Positions 45,616 through 60,540 of a stretch of DNA of 64,000 nucleotides are shown piece after piece. A program made the position numbers and the translations under genes. The stretch lies in contig JAXGYZ010000011.1 of assembly GCA_040772005.1 (NCBI GenBank), positions 45,228 to 109,227 on the forward strand, in the 5' to 3' direction. Origin of the DNA: Anaerolineae bacterium. GTDB taxonomy: Bacteria > Chloroflexota > Anaerolineae > CG2-30-64-16. A model generated the notes under the pieces. That model did no database searches. It saw only the letters and a list, made by a program, of their open reading frames with translations, and was not told where the DNA came from. Within the stretch, counting starts at the first letter, position 1. Each line of letters starts with the position of its first letter.

Positions 45616-48120
45616 CTACCCTGTCACAATGTTGAGCAGGCGGCCCGGCACGTAGATGACGCGCGCCACCGTGTTTCCGCGCAGCGCGCGCTGCACCGCG
45701 GGGCTGAACAGGGCCCGCGCCCGGGCTTCATCCTCAGCGGCCCCGGCTGCCAGCACCAGCCGGTCGCGCACCCGGCCGTCTACCTGGATGACCAGTGTGA
45801 CGCCCTCCTCGCCAGCGCTGGCCGGTTCGTCGTGAGCGGGCCACTGCCGGGTGTGGATGCTGTACGGCTCGCCCAGCCGTTCCCACAGCTCTTCGGCGAT
45901 ATGGGGCGCGAAAGGCGCCAGCACCAGTACGAAGTCGCGCACGGCCCGGCTCAGCGCTGGAGTGACGCCGCGGGCCGAGCGATGCTCGCTCATCGTGTTC
46001 AGGCACTTCATCAGCGCAGCCACGGCGGTATTGAATGCCAGTGTCTCGATATCTTCAGTCACCTCGCGCACCGCCCGGCGGACGGCGCGGGTCAGTTCTT
46101 TCTCCGCCGCGGCGGGTGAGTGGGCCGTGTCAGCCGCCGCGCGGGCGCCGGCAACCTCGTTCACCAGCCGCCACGTGCGCTCCAGGAAGCGGCGCGCGCC
46201 GTTGATGCCGTCCGGCTCCCAGACGGTGTTGTTTTCGAAAGGGGCCATGAACAGCAGGTACACGCGCAGCGCATCTGCACCGTGCGACTCGGCCACGCTG
46301 TCGGGCGTCACTACGTTGCCCGTTGACTTGGACATGCGCCGTATGTCGCCGTTTTGCGGGTCGCGGGCGTGCATCGTGCCCTGGCTGCGCAGCACCGGGA
46401 ACGGCTCACGGAACGGCACGATACCGGCGTCCGCCATTACCTTTGTCCAGAAGCGGGCGTACAGCAGGTGCATCACCGCGTGCTCCGCGCCGCCGACGTA
46501 GATGTCCGGATGGCCCCACTGCGCGAGCGCCGCGGGGTCAAAGGGGCCGTCGGCGTAATCCGGGCTGACGAAGCGCAGGAAGTACCAGCTTGAGCAGGCA
46601 AAGCCGTCCATCGTGTCGGTCTCGCGGCGCGCGGGCCCGCCGCACTGCGGACAGCGCGTTTCGACAAACGACGGCAGCCCCGCCAGCGGCGAGCGGCCGT
46701 CATCCCCCGGCAGCCAGCGTTCGATGGCCGGCAGCAGCACCGGCAGCTCGGCCTCAGGCACAGGCAGCGTGCCGCAGCGATCGCAGTAGACGATCGGGAT
46801 CGGCGCGCCCCAGTAACGCTGCCGCGAGATCAGCCAGTCGCGCATCCGGTACTGGACGCTGGCGCGCCCGATGTTGCGGCCGGTCAGCCAGGCCGTGATG
46901 CGCGCGGCTGCCTCCTCGGAGGCCAGCCCGGTCCACTCCCCGGCAGCGACCATCACGCCCGCGCCGGTGTAGGCCGCCTGTGCCACAGGCTCACCGACCA
47001 TCGGCGCGACGACGACCCTGACCGGGATGCCGTGGCGGGTTGCAAACTCGTAGTCGCGCTGATCGTGCCCGGGCACGCCCATGATGGCCCCGCTGCCATA
47101 GGCCATCAGCACGTAGTCGGCCACGTACACCGGGACGCGTTCGTCGTTCAGCGGGTTGACCGCGGACAGGCCCGTGAATGCGCCCGCCCGCGTCCGGTCG
47201 CCTTGCATGCGGTCGATATCGCTGCGCCGGACGGCTTGCTCGCGGTACGCGGCCACCGCGGCACGCTGCTCGACGGGGACGGCCTCGCAGCCGATGACCT
47301 GCTCGACCAGGGGATGCTCCGGCGCGATGGCGACGAACGTCACGCCCGGGAGGGTGTCCGGCCGGGTCGTGAAGACGTCGATGGGTAGCCCCGCGCTCGC
47401 GCCCGCGGCATCGTGGATGGGCATGCTGAACTCGACGCCCTCGCTGCGCCCGATCCAGTTGCGCTGCATCGCAACGATGTGCTCCGGCCAGTCCAGCGTC
47501 GCCAGGTCGTCCAGCAGTTGCTCGGCATAAGCTGTGATGCGGAAGTACCACTGCTCCATGTCGCGCTTGTAGACGCCGGTATGCCCGCGCCAGCAGGCGC
47601 CGCCGGCATCGACCTGCTCGTTGGCCAGGACGGTCTGGCAGCCGGGGCACCACCACTGGCGGCCTACCGCGCGGTAGGCCAGCCCGCGGCGGTACAGCAG
47701 CAGGAAGAACCACTGCGTCCAGCGGTAGAAGTCGGGCGTGCTCGAGTTGATCTCCCGTTCCCAGTCGTACGAGCAGCCCATCAGGGTCATCTGGCGGCGG
47801 TAGTTCGCCGCGTAGCGCGTGGTGGTCTCGCGCGGGTGGACCCCGCGCTTGATGGCTTCGTTTTCGGCGGGCAGGCCGAACGCATCCCAGCCCATCGGAT
47901 GCAGCACCGCGCGGCCCTGCATCCGGTGGTAGCGCGCGATGACATCGCTGGGCACGTAGTTGCGGCCGTGCCCGACGCTCAACCCGTACCCTGAAGGATA
48001 GGGGAAGAAATCCAGGCAATAGTACTTCGGCCGGTCCGGTCCCGGCGACGGCGTGCGATACAGAGCGTCAGCGGCCCAGCGTGTGCGCCACTTCTCCTCG
48101 ATCGCGATGTGGTCGTACAC
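45616..48120 (-). CDS. leuS: Leucyl-tRNA synthetase
   Basis: IEEKWRTRW, PYPSGYGLSVGHGRNY (HIGH-type), CP1 editing domain, RMSKSTGNVV (KMSKS). GTG at 48120 gives a normal N-terminus (MYDHIAIEEKW). The open frame runs up to a TTG at 48219 that sits inside the leader terminator tail. Confidence 0.9.
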   Translation of the reverse strand: MYDHIAIEEKWRTRWAADALYRTPSPGPDRPKYYCLDFFPYPSGYGLSVGHGRNYVPSDVIARYHRMQGRAVLHPMGWDAFGLPAENEAIKRGVHPRETTTRYAANYRRQMTLMGCSYDWEREINSSTPDFYRWTQWFFLLLYRRGLAYRAVGRQWWCPGCQTVLANEQVDAGGACWRGHTGVYKRDMEQWYFRITAYAEQLLDDLATLDWPEHIVAMQRNWIGRSEGVEFSMPIHDAAGASAGLPIDVFTTRPDTLPGVTFVAIAPEHPLVEQVIGCEAVPVEQRAAVAAYREQAVRRSDIDRMQGDRTRAGAFTGLSAVNPLNDERVPVYVADYVLMAYGSGAIMGVPGHDQRDYEFATRHGIPVRVVVAPMVGEPVAQAAYTGAGVMVAAGEWTGLASEEAAARITAWLTGRNIGRASVQYRMRDWLISRQRYWGAPIPIVYCDRCGTLPVPEAELPVLLPAIERWLPGDDGRSPLAGLPSFVETRCPQCGGPARRETDTMDGFACSSWYFLRFVSPDYADGPFDPAALAQWGHPDIYVGGAEHAVMHLLYARFWTKVMADAGIVPFREPFPVLRSQGTMHARDPQNGDIRRMSKSTGNVVTPDSVAESHGADALRVYLLFMAPFENNTVWEPDGINGARRFLERTWRLVNEVAGARAAADTAHSPAAAEKELTRAVRRAVREVTEDIETLAFNTAVAALMKCLNTMSEHRSARGVTPALSRAVRDFVLVLAPFAPHIAEELWERLGEPYSIHTRQWPAHDEPASAGEEGVTLVIQVDGRVRDRLVLAAGAAEDEARARALFSPAVQRALRGNTVARVIYVPGRLLNIVTG

Positions 48121-48220
48121 GGCGCGTGATCCCTGCTGCGGCGCCGCCGCCTGGTCCGATGTGCTGGTGGTTACTGTGCGAGCCCCATGTGAATCTCTCC
48201 TTTCGCGTGCGCATGGCAAT

Positions 48221-48250
48221 CAAAAAGGCCTCCCACCTGGGGAGGCCTTC
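48221..48250 (-). terminator. Intrinsic terminator/attenuator inside the leuS leader
   Basis: Minus strand reads gaaggcctccc-caggt-gggaggcctt followed by TTTTTG, 100 nt upstream of the leuS GTG. Confidence 0.7.
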
Positions 48251-48382
48251 GACCGGCAATGCACTATTTAATGGCAACTATGCGGTCAAGTGCTGGCGGC
48301 TGCCCAGGCGGAACTCTCTCCTCTCAGCGAGGAGCCCGGCAAGGCAGAGGACCTGGACCGCATGGCGTGTCTTCATGTTTGC

Positions 48383-48411
48383 ACTATAGCACGTTCCTGT
48401 GCGCTGCGCAA
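48383..48411 (-). promoter_or_regulatory. Sigma70-type promoter of the leuS leader
   Basis: TTGCGC-17 nt-TATAGT on the minus strand. Confidence 0.55.
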
Positions 48412-48434
48412 GAGGCAATTTTCCGCCTGTGCTA

Positions 48435-48713
48435 TCAGCTGCGTGTCAGGTAGTCGGCCATCGTCAGGCCCAGCATGATGAACAGCCACATCAGCCCCAG
48501 CGCGGTGAAGACCCAGGCGACCTTTGTGGTCTTGCGCAGATGCATGAAGTAGACCATGATCAGCCCGGCCTTGAGGCCCGCGATGAGCAGCGCCACGATG
48601 GGGCCGAACGGGCCGAGGTCGATCAGTGCCACGCCGACCGTGACGCCGACCAGTACCAGCAGCGCGACGAAAATCAGCAGGTAGGTTCGCAGTTCAGCAT
48701 CCAGGTTCATCAT
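48435..48713 (-). CDS. ctaF: Cytochrome c oxidase subunit IV (bacterial CtaF/CoxIV type)
   Basis: 92 aa, three TM helices, YFMHL motif, last gene of the oxidase cluster. Confidence 0.75.
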   Translation of the reverse strand: MMNLDAELRTYLLIFVALLVLVGVTVGVALIDLGPFGPIVALLIAGLKAGLIMVYFMHLRKTTKVAWVFTALGLMWLFIMLGLTMADYLTRS

Positions 48714-48720
48714 GTCGCCC

Positions 48721-49381
48721 TCAGCCGTGCAGGTTGATCAGGTAGAGCAGTGGGAACAGGAACACCCACACGATGTCTACGAAGTGCCAGTACAGCCCGA
48801 TCATCTCGATGTTGGTGAACATCTGCGCGACATGTCGTTTGCGCAGCAGCCACAGCGCCGCCAGGACCACCACGCCGATACCGATGATCATGTGGATGGC
48901 GTGCAGCCCCGTCATCGTGAAGTACAGGACGAAGAACAGTTCTTCCTGGTTCGCGTTCGGCCCCGTGACCAGCCAGTTGAGACCGGGCACCAGCCCTTCA
49001 TTCCAATCGACGATCCACTCGACGGCCTTGATGCCCAGGAAGGCCGTGCCGAGCGCCGCGGTGAGCAGCAGCAGCATGACGGCACTCGGCTTGCGGTCCT
49101 GACGTACGAAGTAGACGGCGAGCACCATCGCGAGGCTGCTGCACAGCAGGAGCGCGGTGTTGGCCGTGCCCAGCGGCACGTTCAGGTGGCGGCTGGCCTC
49201 TCCGAACGCGTGGGTGTACAGCGAGCGGAATACCAGGTAGCCGAGGAACGTGCCGCCAAAGAACAACACCTCGGTCGTCAGGAAGACCCACATCCCGAGG
49301 GTGTTGGCCTCGTGCTGCTGTTCTACGTCATCGAAATGGTGCGCAACGACCGGCCGCGCCTCGGCTGCGATTTGCGATACG

Positions 49382-49389
<8 letters not shown>
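48721..49389 (-). CDS. ctaE: Cytochrome c oxidase subunit III
   Basis: HHFDD..QQHEA..LGMWVFL..E.LFFG, YWHFVD.VW. Confidence 0.88.
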
Positions 49390-51051
<1,662 letters not shown>

Positions 51052-51055
<4 letters not shown>

Positions 51056-52011
51056 TGAGCACCCCCTTGTTCTGCGCCCAACTCCTTGATGTAGGCGATG
51101 ATCTGTAACACCTGGTCTTCGGTCAACTGCCCCTGATACGGCGGCATTACCGGCTGGTAACCTTCGACCACCTGGGTGGCCGGTTCGAGGATGGACTTCC
51201 GCAGATACGCCTCGTCACGGGTGACGGTTTCACCACTCACCAGCTTGGCTTCTTGTCCGAAGATGCCGGCGAGCGCCGGGCCGATGGCGGCCGTGCCGTC
51301 GAGCTTGTGACACGCGACGCAGCCGGTCCGGTTGAACAATTGCTCGCCGGCCTGTGCAGCAGAGACAGGCTGCCCACCTGTGGCGCCCCCTCCGCTGGCC
51401 CAGGCGAGGTACTCTTCTTCCGGCATCACGATCACCTGGCCGGTCATGCCTGAGTGCTCCGTGCCGCAGTATTCGGCGCAGAACAGGTGATAGTTGCCCG
51501 TCTCCGTCGCCTCAAACCAGACGGTCGTGTAGCGCCCCGGCAGCACATCCGTCTTGATGCGGAATGCAGGGACGTACATGCTGTGGATCACATCCTCGGA
51601 GGTCATGGTGAGCTTGATGGGCCGATTGACGGGCACGTGCAGGTCGTTGACCTCGATCTGGCCCGTATCCGGATGTTGGAATTTCCACATCCACTGCTTG
51701 CCGATGACGTAAATCTCCATGGCATCGGACGGCACGTCGTACATCTGGAAGAAGAGGCTGCCGGCCCATAAGAACACGCCCAGGAAGGCGATCAACGGGA
51801 CAATCGTCCATGTCAGTTCCAGCTTGTGGTGCGTCTCGATCGGGTTGGTGCGATCGGCGTCTTTGCCGCGGCGGTACTTCATGACGAAGAAGAACACCAC
51901 GGTGGTGATACCGATGATGACCAGCGCGCTGACGGCCACCAGGAACAGAAAGAGCGTATCTACGCGGCCCGCATGGGCGGTTGCCTGGTCAAGCGTCCAC
52001 TGGGTATTCAC
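51052..52011 (-). CDS. ctaC: Cytochrome c oxidase subunit II with a C-terminal cytochrome c domain (caa3 type)
   Basis: CuA site HSMYVP...[12 protein letters not shown]; heme c site CVACHKLDG. Confidence 0.92.
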
Positions 52012-52949
52012 GACTGGCTCTCCTTCTGGTCATCAACCTGCTCCTCGACCGGCAAAACCGGCGGCTCCGACTGGCGCGGTTTTGAACGTGCCAGCACCAG
52101 CACCATCGCACCGAGCCCGAACATCGTCAGCAGGGCGGCATACTTGAGGATCTCCCGGATGGCGACGGTGTACTTGCCGCGCGTCGGGTCATAATGGAAG
52201 CAGCGCAAGAGAAGCTGATCCACCGCACTGCCGATCTTGCCGGCGGAGGCATCCACCAGCGCGAGCTTCAGGTCGCGCGGGGAAAACTCCAGCCCGTAGA
52301 GATACTTTGAGATCCGGCCGCCCGGGGTCATGACCAGGATGCCTGCAGGATGAGCATACTGGTCGGACTTGGGATCGTAGACATAATGGAAGCCGGCGGT
52401 GTCTGCCAGCCGCACGATTGAGTCTTCCGGTGCAGTCAGGAAGTGCCAGCCGTCCTGCGAGCCCCAGCGGCCATAGCTGGCGATAATGGCGGCTTTGGCC
52501 GCGGTGGACTGCTCCGGCGTCTCGCGCGGGTCGATGCTGGCGACCACCACGTCGAACTCCTTGCCCACCTCGACCTGCATGGTGCGCAGCGATTCGCTCA
52601 GCCCGTGCAGGATGATGGGGCAGAGGTTGGGGCAGTTGTAATAGGTGAACACCAGGATGGCGGGCTTCTGGCCCAGGTACTGGCCGAGCGTCACGCGCCG
52701 CCCTTGCTCGTCGATCATGGGAACTTCCAGCGGCATCTGGCTGTCCAGGTTCTGATCGAACGACACCTGGTTGAGCACAGCTTCGTCGGAAGTGTGATCT
52801 GTGTGCGAATCATCCTGCGCATACACTGTGCCGGCCGGCATTGTGAGCAGCGATATCAGCAGGGCTAGCAGTATAACAAAGCCGACCCGGTGGTTGCCCG
52901 TCGATCGGCCCTGGTGGGATGCCTGTCGCTTTGTGTCGAACATAACCAT
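52008..52949 (-). CDS. SCO1/SenC copper chaperone with an extra C-terminal TM tail
   Basis: FTYYNCPNLCP (CxxxC) and a downstream His in a thioredoxin-like fold. N-terminal and C-terminal TM segments. Confidence 0.8.
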   Translation of the reverse strand: MVMFDTKRQASHQGRSTGNHRVGFVILLALLISLLTMPAGTVYAQDDSHTDHTSDEAVLNQVSFDQNLDSQMPLEVPMIDEQGRRVTLGQYLGQKPAILVFTYYNCPNLCPIILHGLSESLRTMQVEVGKEFDVVVASIDPRETPEQSTAAKAAIIASYGRWGSQDGWHFLTAPEDSIVRLADTAGFHYVYDPKSDQYAHPAGILVMTPGGRISKYLYGLEFSPRDLKLALVDASAGKIGSAVDQLLLRCFHYDPTRGKYTVAIREILKYAALLTMFGLGAMVLVLARSKPRQSEPPVLPVEEQVDDQKESQS

Positions 52950-53045
52950 TAACCCTTAACCCTTCTGTGATAATGGTCCCTAATATATGCCCCTGCTGTC
53001 CCCTTGTATGTTGGTTTAACTGCTATCAGGCGTTGGGCTTGTGGT

Positions 53046-53771
53046 TCAGTCCTGGCCGACCGCCGGCAGCAGGCCCTCCGTAACCAGCGTCATGGCGCGG
53101 GTGATGGGGATGCGGGCCACGCCCGCCGCTTCATCCACCCAACCATAGCTGTTGAGCGTCGCCTGTGCCGCCGTCTGGTAGCGGTCGAGCGCACTTACCG
53201 GGTTGACGCGCATCTCGACTGCGGCGGGCGGGGCCGCGGTTGCGATGGGCGAGCCGCCCTGCGACTGCGTCTCCGGCGAGCTGGAAAAGACGTTGGTGAG
53301 CAGGCTGACCGCAATGAGCGCGATGATGATCAACCCGCCGACAATGGCCCCGGCCGCAACCAGGATGTTCAGTCCCACATCGGACGTTTCATGCTGCGCC
53401 TCGGTCGTGCCGGAGGGCGCGCCGTGGGGGATGGCCTGGGCGTGCGAGTCATCGCGCACCGCGTCCACGTCGTGCTGGCTGCGGTGGATTTCCCCGCGTT
53501 CGTGGGGCTGCGCCACCCCAGGCGGCGCCGCCTGCGCAACCTGCTGACCGGCGGCCTGTTCTTCGAGGGCGCGTTGTTCGGGTGCAGGCTGTTCTGCCGC
53601 GAGCCGGTCCGCGCCGAGCCGTTCGGCAGTTTCCGGGTCACTGACGCCCCGGTCGCGCGCTTCCTCCTCGGTGAGCTTGCGTTCAGGCGCGGGGCCGCGG
53701 AAGTAACCGGATGGCTGGTGTCGCCCGCGGGGCTCACGCTGCGGATCGGTCGAATCAGGCTTATCGCTCAT
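53046..53771 (-). CDS. Single-pass membrane protein with a long disordered N-terminus, in the position of ActG (function unknown)
   Basis: ATG overlaps the actF 3' end. About 130 aa are rich in P/E/R/A/Q. TM segment ILVAAGAIVGGLIIIALIAVSLL. Conserved-looking tail YGWVDEAAGVARIPITRAMTLV. Confidence 0.5.
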   Translation of the reverse strand: MSDKPDSTDPQREPRGRHQPSGYFRGPAPERKLTEEEARDRGVSDPETAERLGADRLAAEQPAPEQRALEEQAAGQQVAQAAPPGVAQPHERGEIHRSQHDVDAVRDDSHAQAIPHGAPSGTTEAQHETSDVGLNILVAAGAIVGGLIIIALIAVSLLTNVFSSSPETQSQGGSPIATAAPPAAVEMRVNPVSALDRYQTAAQATLNSYGWVDEAAGVARIPITRAMTLVTEGLLPAVGQD

Positions 53772-54963
53772 GCCGCACAATCCTGTTGTGATGTGGTTCG
53801 GAAGCCACAGTGTTGTCCTGCATGGGTGCAGGCAGGCCCGCAGGCAGCAGCGGCGCCCGCGCCAGGTTCCAGACGAAGAAGGCTGTCCATAAGCCCCCGA
53901 TGCCGAGCAGCGCGGTCAGGTGGGGCCAGACTGCACCGACGCCGGCTGTGCCCAACGACGGGACGATCAGCCAGAAAGTGTCGAGGCCGCGCATCAGCAC
54001 CAGGAAGGCAGCGATGGCTGCCAGCAGCCGGCGGTTGCGCTTGACATCGCGGAAGATGAGCAGGACGAACGGCAGCGCAAAGTGAAGCACCAGGATGGCG
54101 ATGGCGATGTACTTCCAGCCGCCGGCCATGCGCGCCAGGTACCACGGCACCTCTTCGGTGATATTCGCGCCCCAGATGAGCAGGTATTGGGAGAAGGACA
54201 GATAGGCCCAGATCATGACGAAGGCCAGCATCAGGCTGCCCAGGTCATTGAAGCGCCGGGGTGAGACCGCTGCGTCGAGCGGCGGCCAGTCCGACGCCCA
54301 GGCTGCCAGGGCCACTGACAGCGCAAAGGCGCCCAGCATCATGCCCATCGTGACCATCAGCCCGAAAATGCTGGACATCCAGTGCGGCTCCAGCGACATC
54401 ACCCAGTCGAACGCGGCAAAGCTCGCAGTGAGCGTCACGGCCAGCAGTCCGCCCGCGCCTATGCCCCGCAGCGTGCCCGCGATGTTCACGTCGCCCGTCT
54501 CGTCGAGCTTGAGCGAGAGGGCGCCCGTCCGATACGCGAAGAACGTCCACACCGCAAAGTAGATGACCGTGCGGATGATGAAGAAGGGCACGTTGAGATA
54601 CGGCTGCTTGTGCTCCAGGACGGGGTCACCGATGACGTGCGCCGGGTCTGCCCATGAGTACAGCGTCTTCATGCCTAAGATGATGGGGATGAAGAGCACG
54701 AGCATCAGCGGCAGGGTGCGCGCGCCTGCCTCCACGAACCGCTGGATGGGTGCGCCCCAGCCGGAGCGGGTGAGATGTTGCAGCAGCGCCAGGAGCAGGC
54801 TGCCGATGCCCATGCCCGTCCAGAAGACGAACGCGTACAGGTAGGCCGGGTAGGCGCCGGGGATGCCCAGGAACGCGCCTGCCAGCGTCGCGATCAGCCC
54901 CACCGCGCCGACCACGAGTGCGGCGGGCATCATGCGGCGGAAGATGCCTTGTGGTGTCATCAT
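53761..54963 (-). CDS. actF: Alternative Complex III subunit ActF (NrfD-like membrane subunit)
   Basis: About 10 TM helices, in the position after actE, paralogous in appearance to actC. Confidence 0.75.
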   Translation of the reverse strand: MMTPQGIFRRMMPAALVVGAVGLIATLAGAFLGIPGAYPAYLYAFVFWTGMGIGSLLLALLQHLTRSGWGAPIQRFVEAGARTLPLMLVLFIPIILGMKTLYSWADPAHVIGDPVLEHKQPYLNVPFFIIRTVIYFAVWTFFAYRTGALSLKLDETGDVNIAGTLRGIGAGGLLAVTLTASFAAFDWVMSLEPHWMSSIFGLMVTMGMMLGAFALSVALAAWASDWPPLDAAVSPRRFNDLGSLMLAFVMIWAYLSFSQYLLIWGANITEEVPWYLARMAGGWKYIAIAILVLHFALPFVLLIFRDVKRNRRLLAAIAAFLVLMRGLDTFWLIVPSLGTAGVGAVWPHLTALLGIGGLWTAFFVWNLARAPLLPAGLPAPMQDNTVASEPHHNRIVRHER

Positions 54964-55547
54964 TGGGTCGCCCCTCCGAGTTGCTGCAGGTCCTCCGCCG
55001 GCAGGGCGTCGGCAGGCGCCGCCTGGCTGAGTTGCAAGGCCCGCACGTAGGCGGCGATGGCCCAGCGGTCATCTACATCGGGGATCTGGCTGGCGTACGG
55101 CTGCATCCGGCCAAAGCCGTTGGTGATGACCTGGAAGAAGTAGCCGGGCGCCGCGGTGCGCAGGCGGTCCTGGTGGAAGGTCTGTGGCGCAGGGAACCCG
55201 CGCTGCACGACCATGCCGTCGCCCGCGCCGGTGTAGCCGTGACAGGGCGTGCAGTAGATGTCGTACTCCTGGCGGCCGCGCTCCAGCAGGTCCGTGGTCA
55301 GCTCGAACGGGAACTCGGCTGCCGGCGCGCCGTTGAACTGGCCCGTATCGCGCACGTCGCTGGTGCGCAGTTGGCCCTGTGCGACTGACCCTTCGACCTG
55401 CGGCCGCGCCGACTGCCCGTCGGCAAAGAACGCGCTGGGCTCCAGCGGGTCATAACGCGGCTGGTCGGCCATCGCCTGGCAGCCCGTCAGCGCCACAAGC
55501 GCAACCAGGAGCAGGATTGAAGATTTCGGAAATCTGCAATCTGTCAT
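54960..55547 (-). CDS. actE: Alternative Complex III monoheme cytochrome c lipoprotein ActE
   Basis: Lipobox LTGC; single CTPCHG site; ends with a cytochrome c fold. Confidence 0.75.
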   Translation of the reverse strand: MTDCRFPKSSILLLVALVALTGCQAMADQPRYDPLEPSAFFADGQSARPQVEGSVAQGQLRTSDVRDTGQFNGAPAAEFPFELTTDLLERGRQEYDIYCTPCHGYTGAGDGMVVQRGFPAPQTFHQDRLRTAAPGYFFQVITNGFGRMQPYASQIPDVDDRWAIAAYVRALQLSQAAPADALPAEDLQQLGGATQ

Positions 55548-55558
55548 CTGGAATCGTT

Positions 55559-56137
55559 TCACGGCAGCACCTCGTGCACGCTGGCCGGGGCCAGGTTCTC
55601 CAGGAACCGGCGAGTCTGGGTCATGTCGAAGCGCGGGTCGGTCGCCTCGATCGCCAGGAAGAAGCGATCCTGGCTGGCGCGGGCGAATTCGGCCACGTTG
55701 AACAACGGGTGGTAGGGCGCAGGCAGGCCGTTGAGCACGATCATCGCCAGCACGCCCGTCAACGCCGCCAGCAAGACGGTCGTCTCGAAGGTGACGGGCA
55801 CCCACATGGGCACGCTGTTGAGCGGCTTGCCGCCGATGTTGATCGGGTAGTTGATGACGTGCACCCAGTATTGGAGCGCGAAACCGCCGACCAGCCCGGC
55901 GATGCCGCCCAGCAGCATGAGCAGCGGGATGCGGCTCTTGCGGAAGCCGACTACCTCCGATAGGCCTTCCACCGGAATGGGGGTGTAGGCGTCCAATCGG
56001 CGGTACCCTTCGGCGTAGGCGCGGCGCGCGGCCTCCAGAATCGCGTGTTCGTCCACGAACTCGGCCACGAGGCCGTAGGGCCGCACCGCGGCCTCGGCCA
56101 CCTCATGCGCCAGATCGTGGGCCACATGCTCCGTCAT
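55559..56137 (-). CDS. actD: Alternative Complex III subunit ActD (DUF3341)
   Basis: YGLVAEF...AY.P.PV, then two TM helices. About 190 aa, between actC and actE. Confidence 0.75.
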   Translation of the reverse strand: MTEHVAHDLAHEVAEAAVRPYGLVAEFVDEHAILEAARRAYAEGYRRLDAYTPIPVEGLSEVVGFRKSRIPLLMLLGGIAGLVGGFALQYWVHVINYPINIGGKPLNSVPMWVPVTFETTVLLAALTGVLAMIVLNGLPAPYHPLFNVAEFARASQDRFFLAIEATDPRFDMTQTRRFLENLAPASVHEVLP

Positions 56138-57530
56138 TCGACCTTCCCTCCTGTCTGATGCACCAGCTCGCGCGTCTCAGCCATCGAGATGAACGGCAGG
56201 AAGCGGATGAACAGGAATATCAGCGTGCCAAACAGCCCCAGCGTACCGATGAACGTGGCGTAGTCCCAGATGGTCGGCGTGTACATCGCCCAGGAAGAGG
56301 GCAGGAAGTCGCGGTGCAGGCTGGTGACGACGATGACGAAACGCTCGAACCACATGCCGAAGCTGATGACGAGTGAAATGCCCCACAGCCAGAGCGGATT
56401 TGTGCGGAACCGCTTGAACCAGAGAAGCTGCGGAATGATGACATTGCAGGTAATCATCAGGGCGAATATCCAGCCGTAAGGCCCGGTGATCCGGTTGAGC
56501 ATCATGAAGCCTTCGTACTCGTTGCCGCTGTACCAGGCGGTGAACAGCTCCATCGCGTAGCCGTAGGCCACGACCAGCCCGGAGGTCAACATCACGATCG
56601 CCATATTGCGCAGATGTCGGTCGGTGATGAAGTTCTCCATGTGATAGTACTTGCGCAGCGGGATGGCGATGAGCAGCACCATCGCAAACCCCGCGTAAAT
56701 TGCGCCCGCCACGAAGTAGGGCGGGAAGACGGTCGCGTGCCACCCGGGAATCACGCTCACGGCGAAGTCGAAGCTCACGATGCTGTGGACGGACACGACG
56801 AGCGGCGTGGCCAGCGCGGCCAGGAGGTAGTACAGGTCCTGATAGCGCTTCCAGTGGACCGCGGAGCCGCGCCAACCCATCGACAGGATGCCGAAGGTCA
56901 CGCGGGTGAAGGTGCTCTTGGCGCGGTCGCGCAGCGTCGCCATGTCGGGGATGAGGCCGACGAACCAGAACAGGAGCGAGACCAGGCCGTAGGTGGCGAT
57001 GGCGAAGAAGTCCCACATCAGCGGGCTGCGGAACTGCGGCCAGTAATCCAGCGTGTTCGGGTAGGGCACCAGCCAGTAGAAGTACTGGGGCCGGCCCAGG
57101 TGCAGGATGGGGAACAGCGCCGCGCAGGCGACTGCGAACAGCGTCATGGCCTCGGCAAAGCGGTTGATGGACGTGCGCCACTGCTGGCGCAGCAGGAGCA
57201 GGATGGCCGAGATGAGCGTGCCCGCGTGGCCGATACCGATCCACCACACCAGGTTGATGATGGCGAAGCCCCAGCCCACCGGGATGTTGATGCCCCAGAT
57301 GCCGACGCCGCGAATGAAGAGCCAGGTGACCGCGCCGAGGAACACCATCAACAACAGGAAGGCGATGGCTAACCCCAGCAGCCAGCCGCGTTGGAAGCCG
57401 CGGCGCAGGACGACGGAGCCGATCTGCTCGTTGACCGACTCGAAGGTTTGGCCGGGCTCGATGACCGGCACGAGGTCCGCCCGATCCATCGGCGGCCTGA
57501 TCAGTTCCTTGCGGATAGGCTGCTCATGTA

Positions 57531-57534
<4 letters not shown>
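56134..57534 (-). CDS. actC: Alternative Complex III quinol-interacting membrane subunit ActC (NrfD/PsrC-like)
   Basis: 466 aa, polytopic, directly after the Fe-S subunit with overlapping stop and start. Confidence 0.8.
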
Positions 57535-60515
<2,981 letters not shown>

Positions 60516-60540
60516 ATGAATCTCTTCCCCTCGGATGGCT

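Noticed and set aside
48120-48219. TTG at 48219 as the leuS start (the longest ORF).
   Set aside because: It lies within the U-tract region of the leader terminator and upstream of the SD. The extra 33 residues are unlike LeuS N-termini, whereas GTG 48120 gives MYDHIAIEEKW. Not fully excluded.
48221-48376. Calling the leuS leader a canonical T-box riboswitch.
   Set aside because: I could not locate the conserved T-box sequence or a convincing specifier loop or GA motif by eye. It is kept only as one alternative in the finding.
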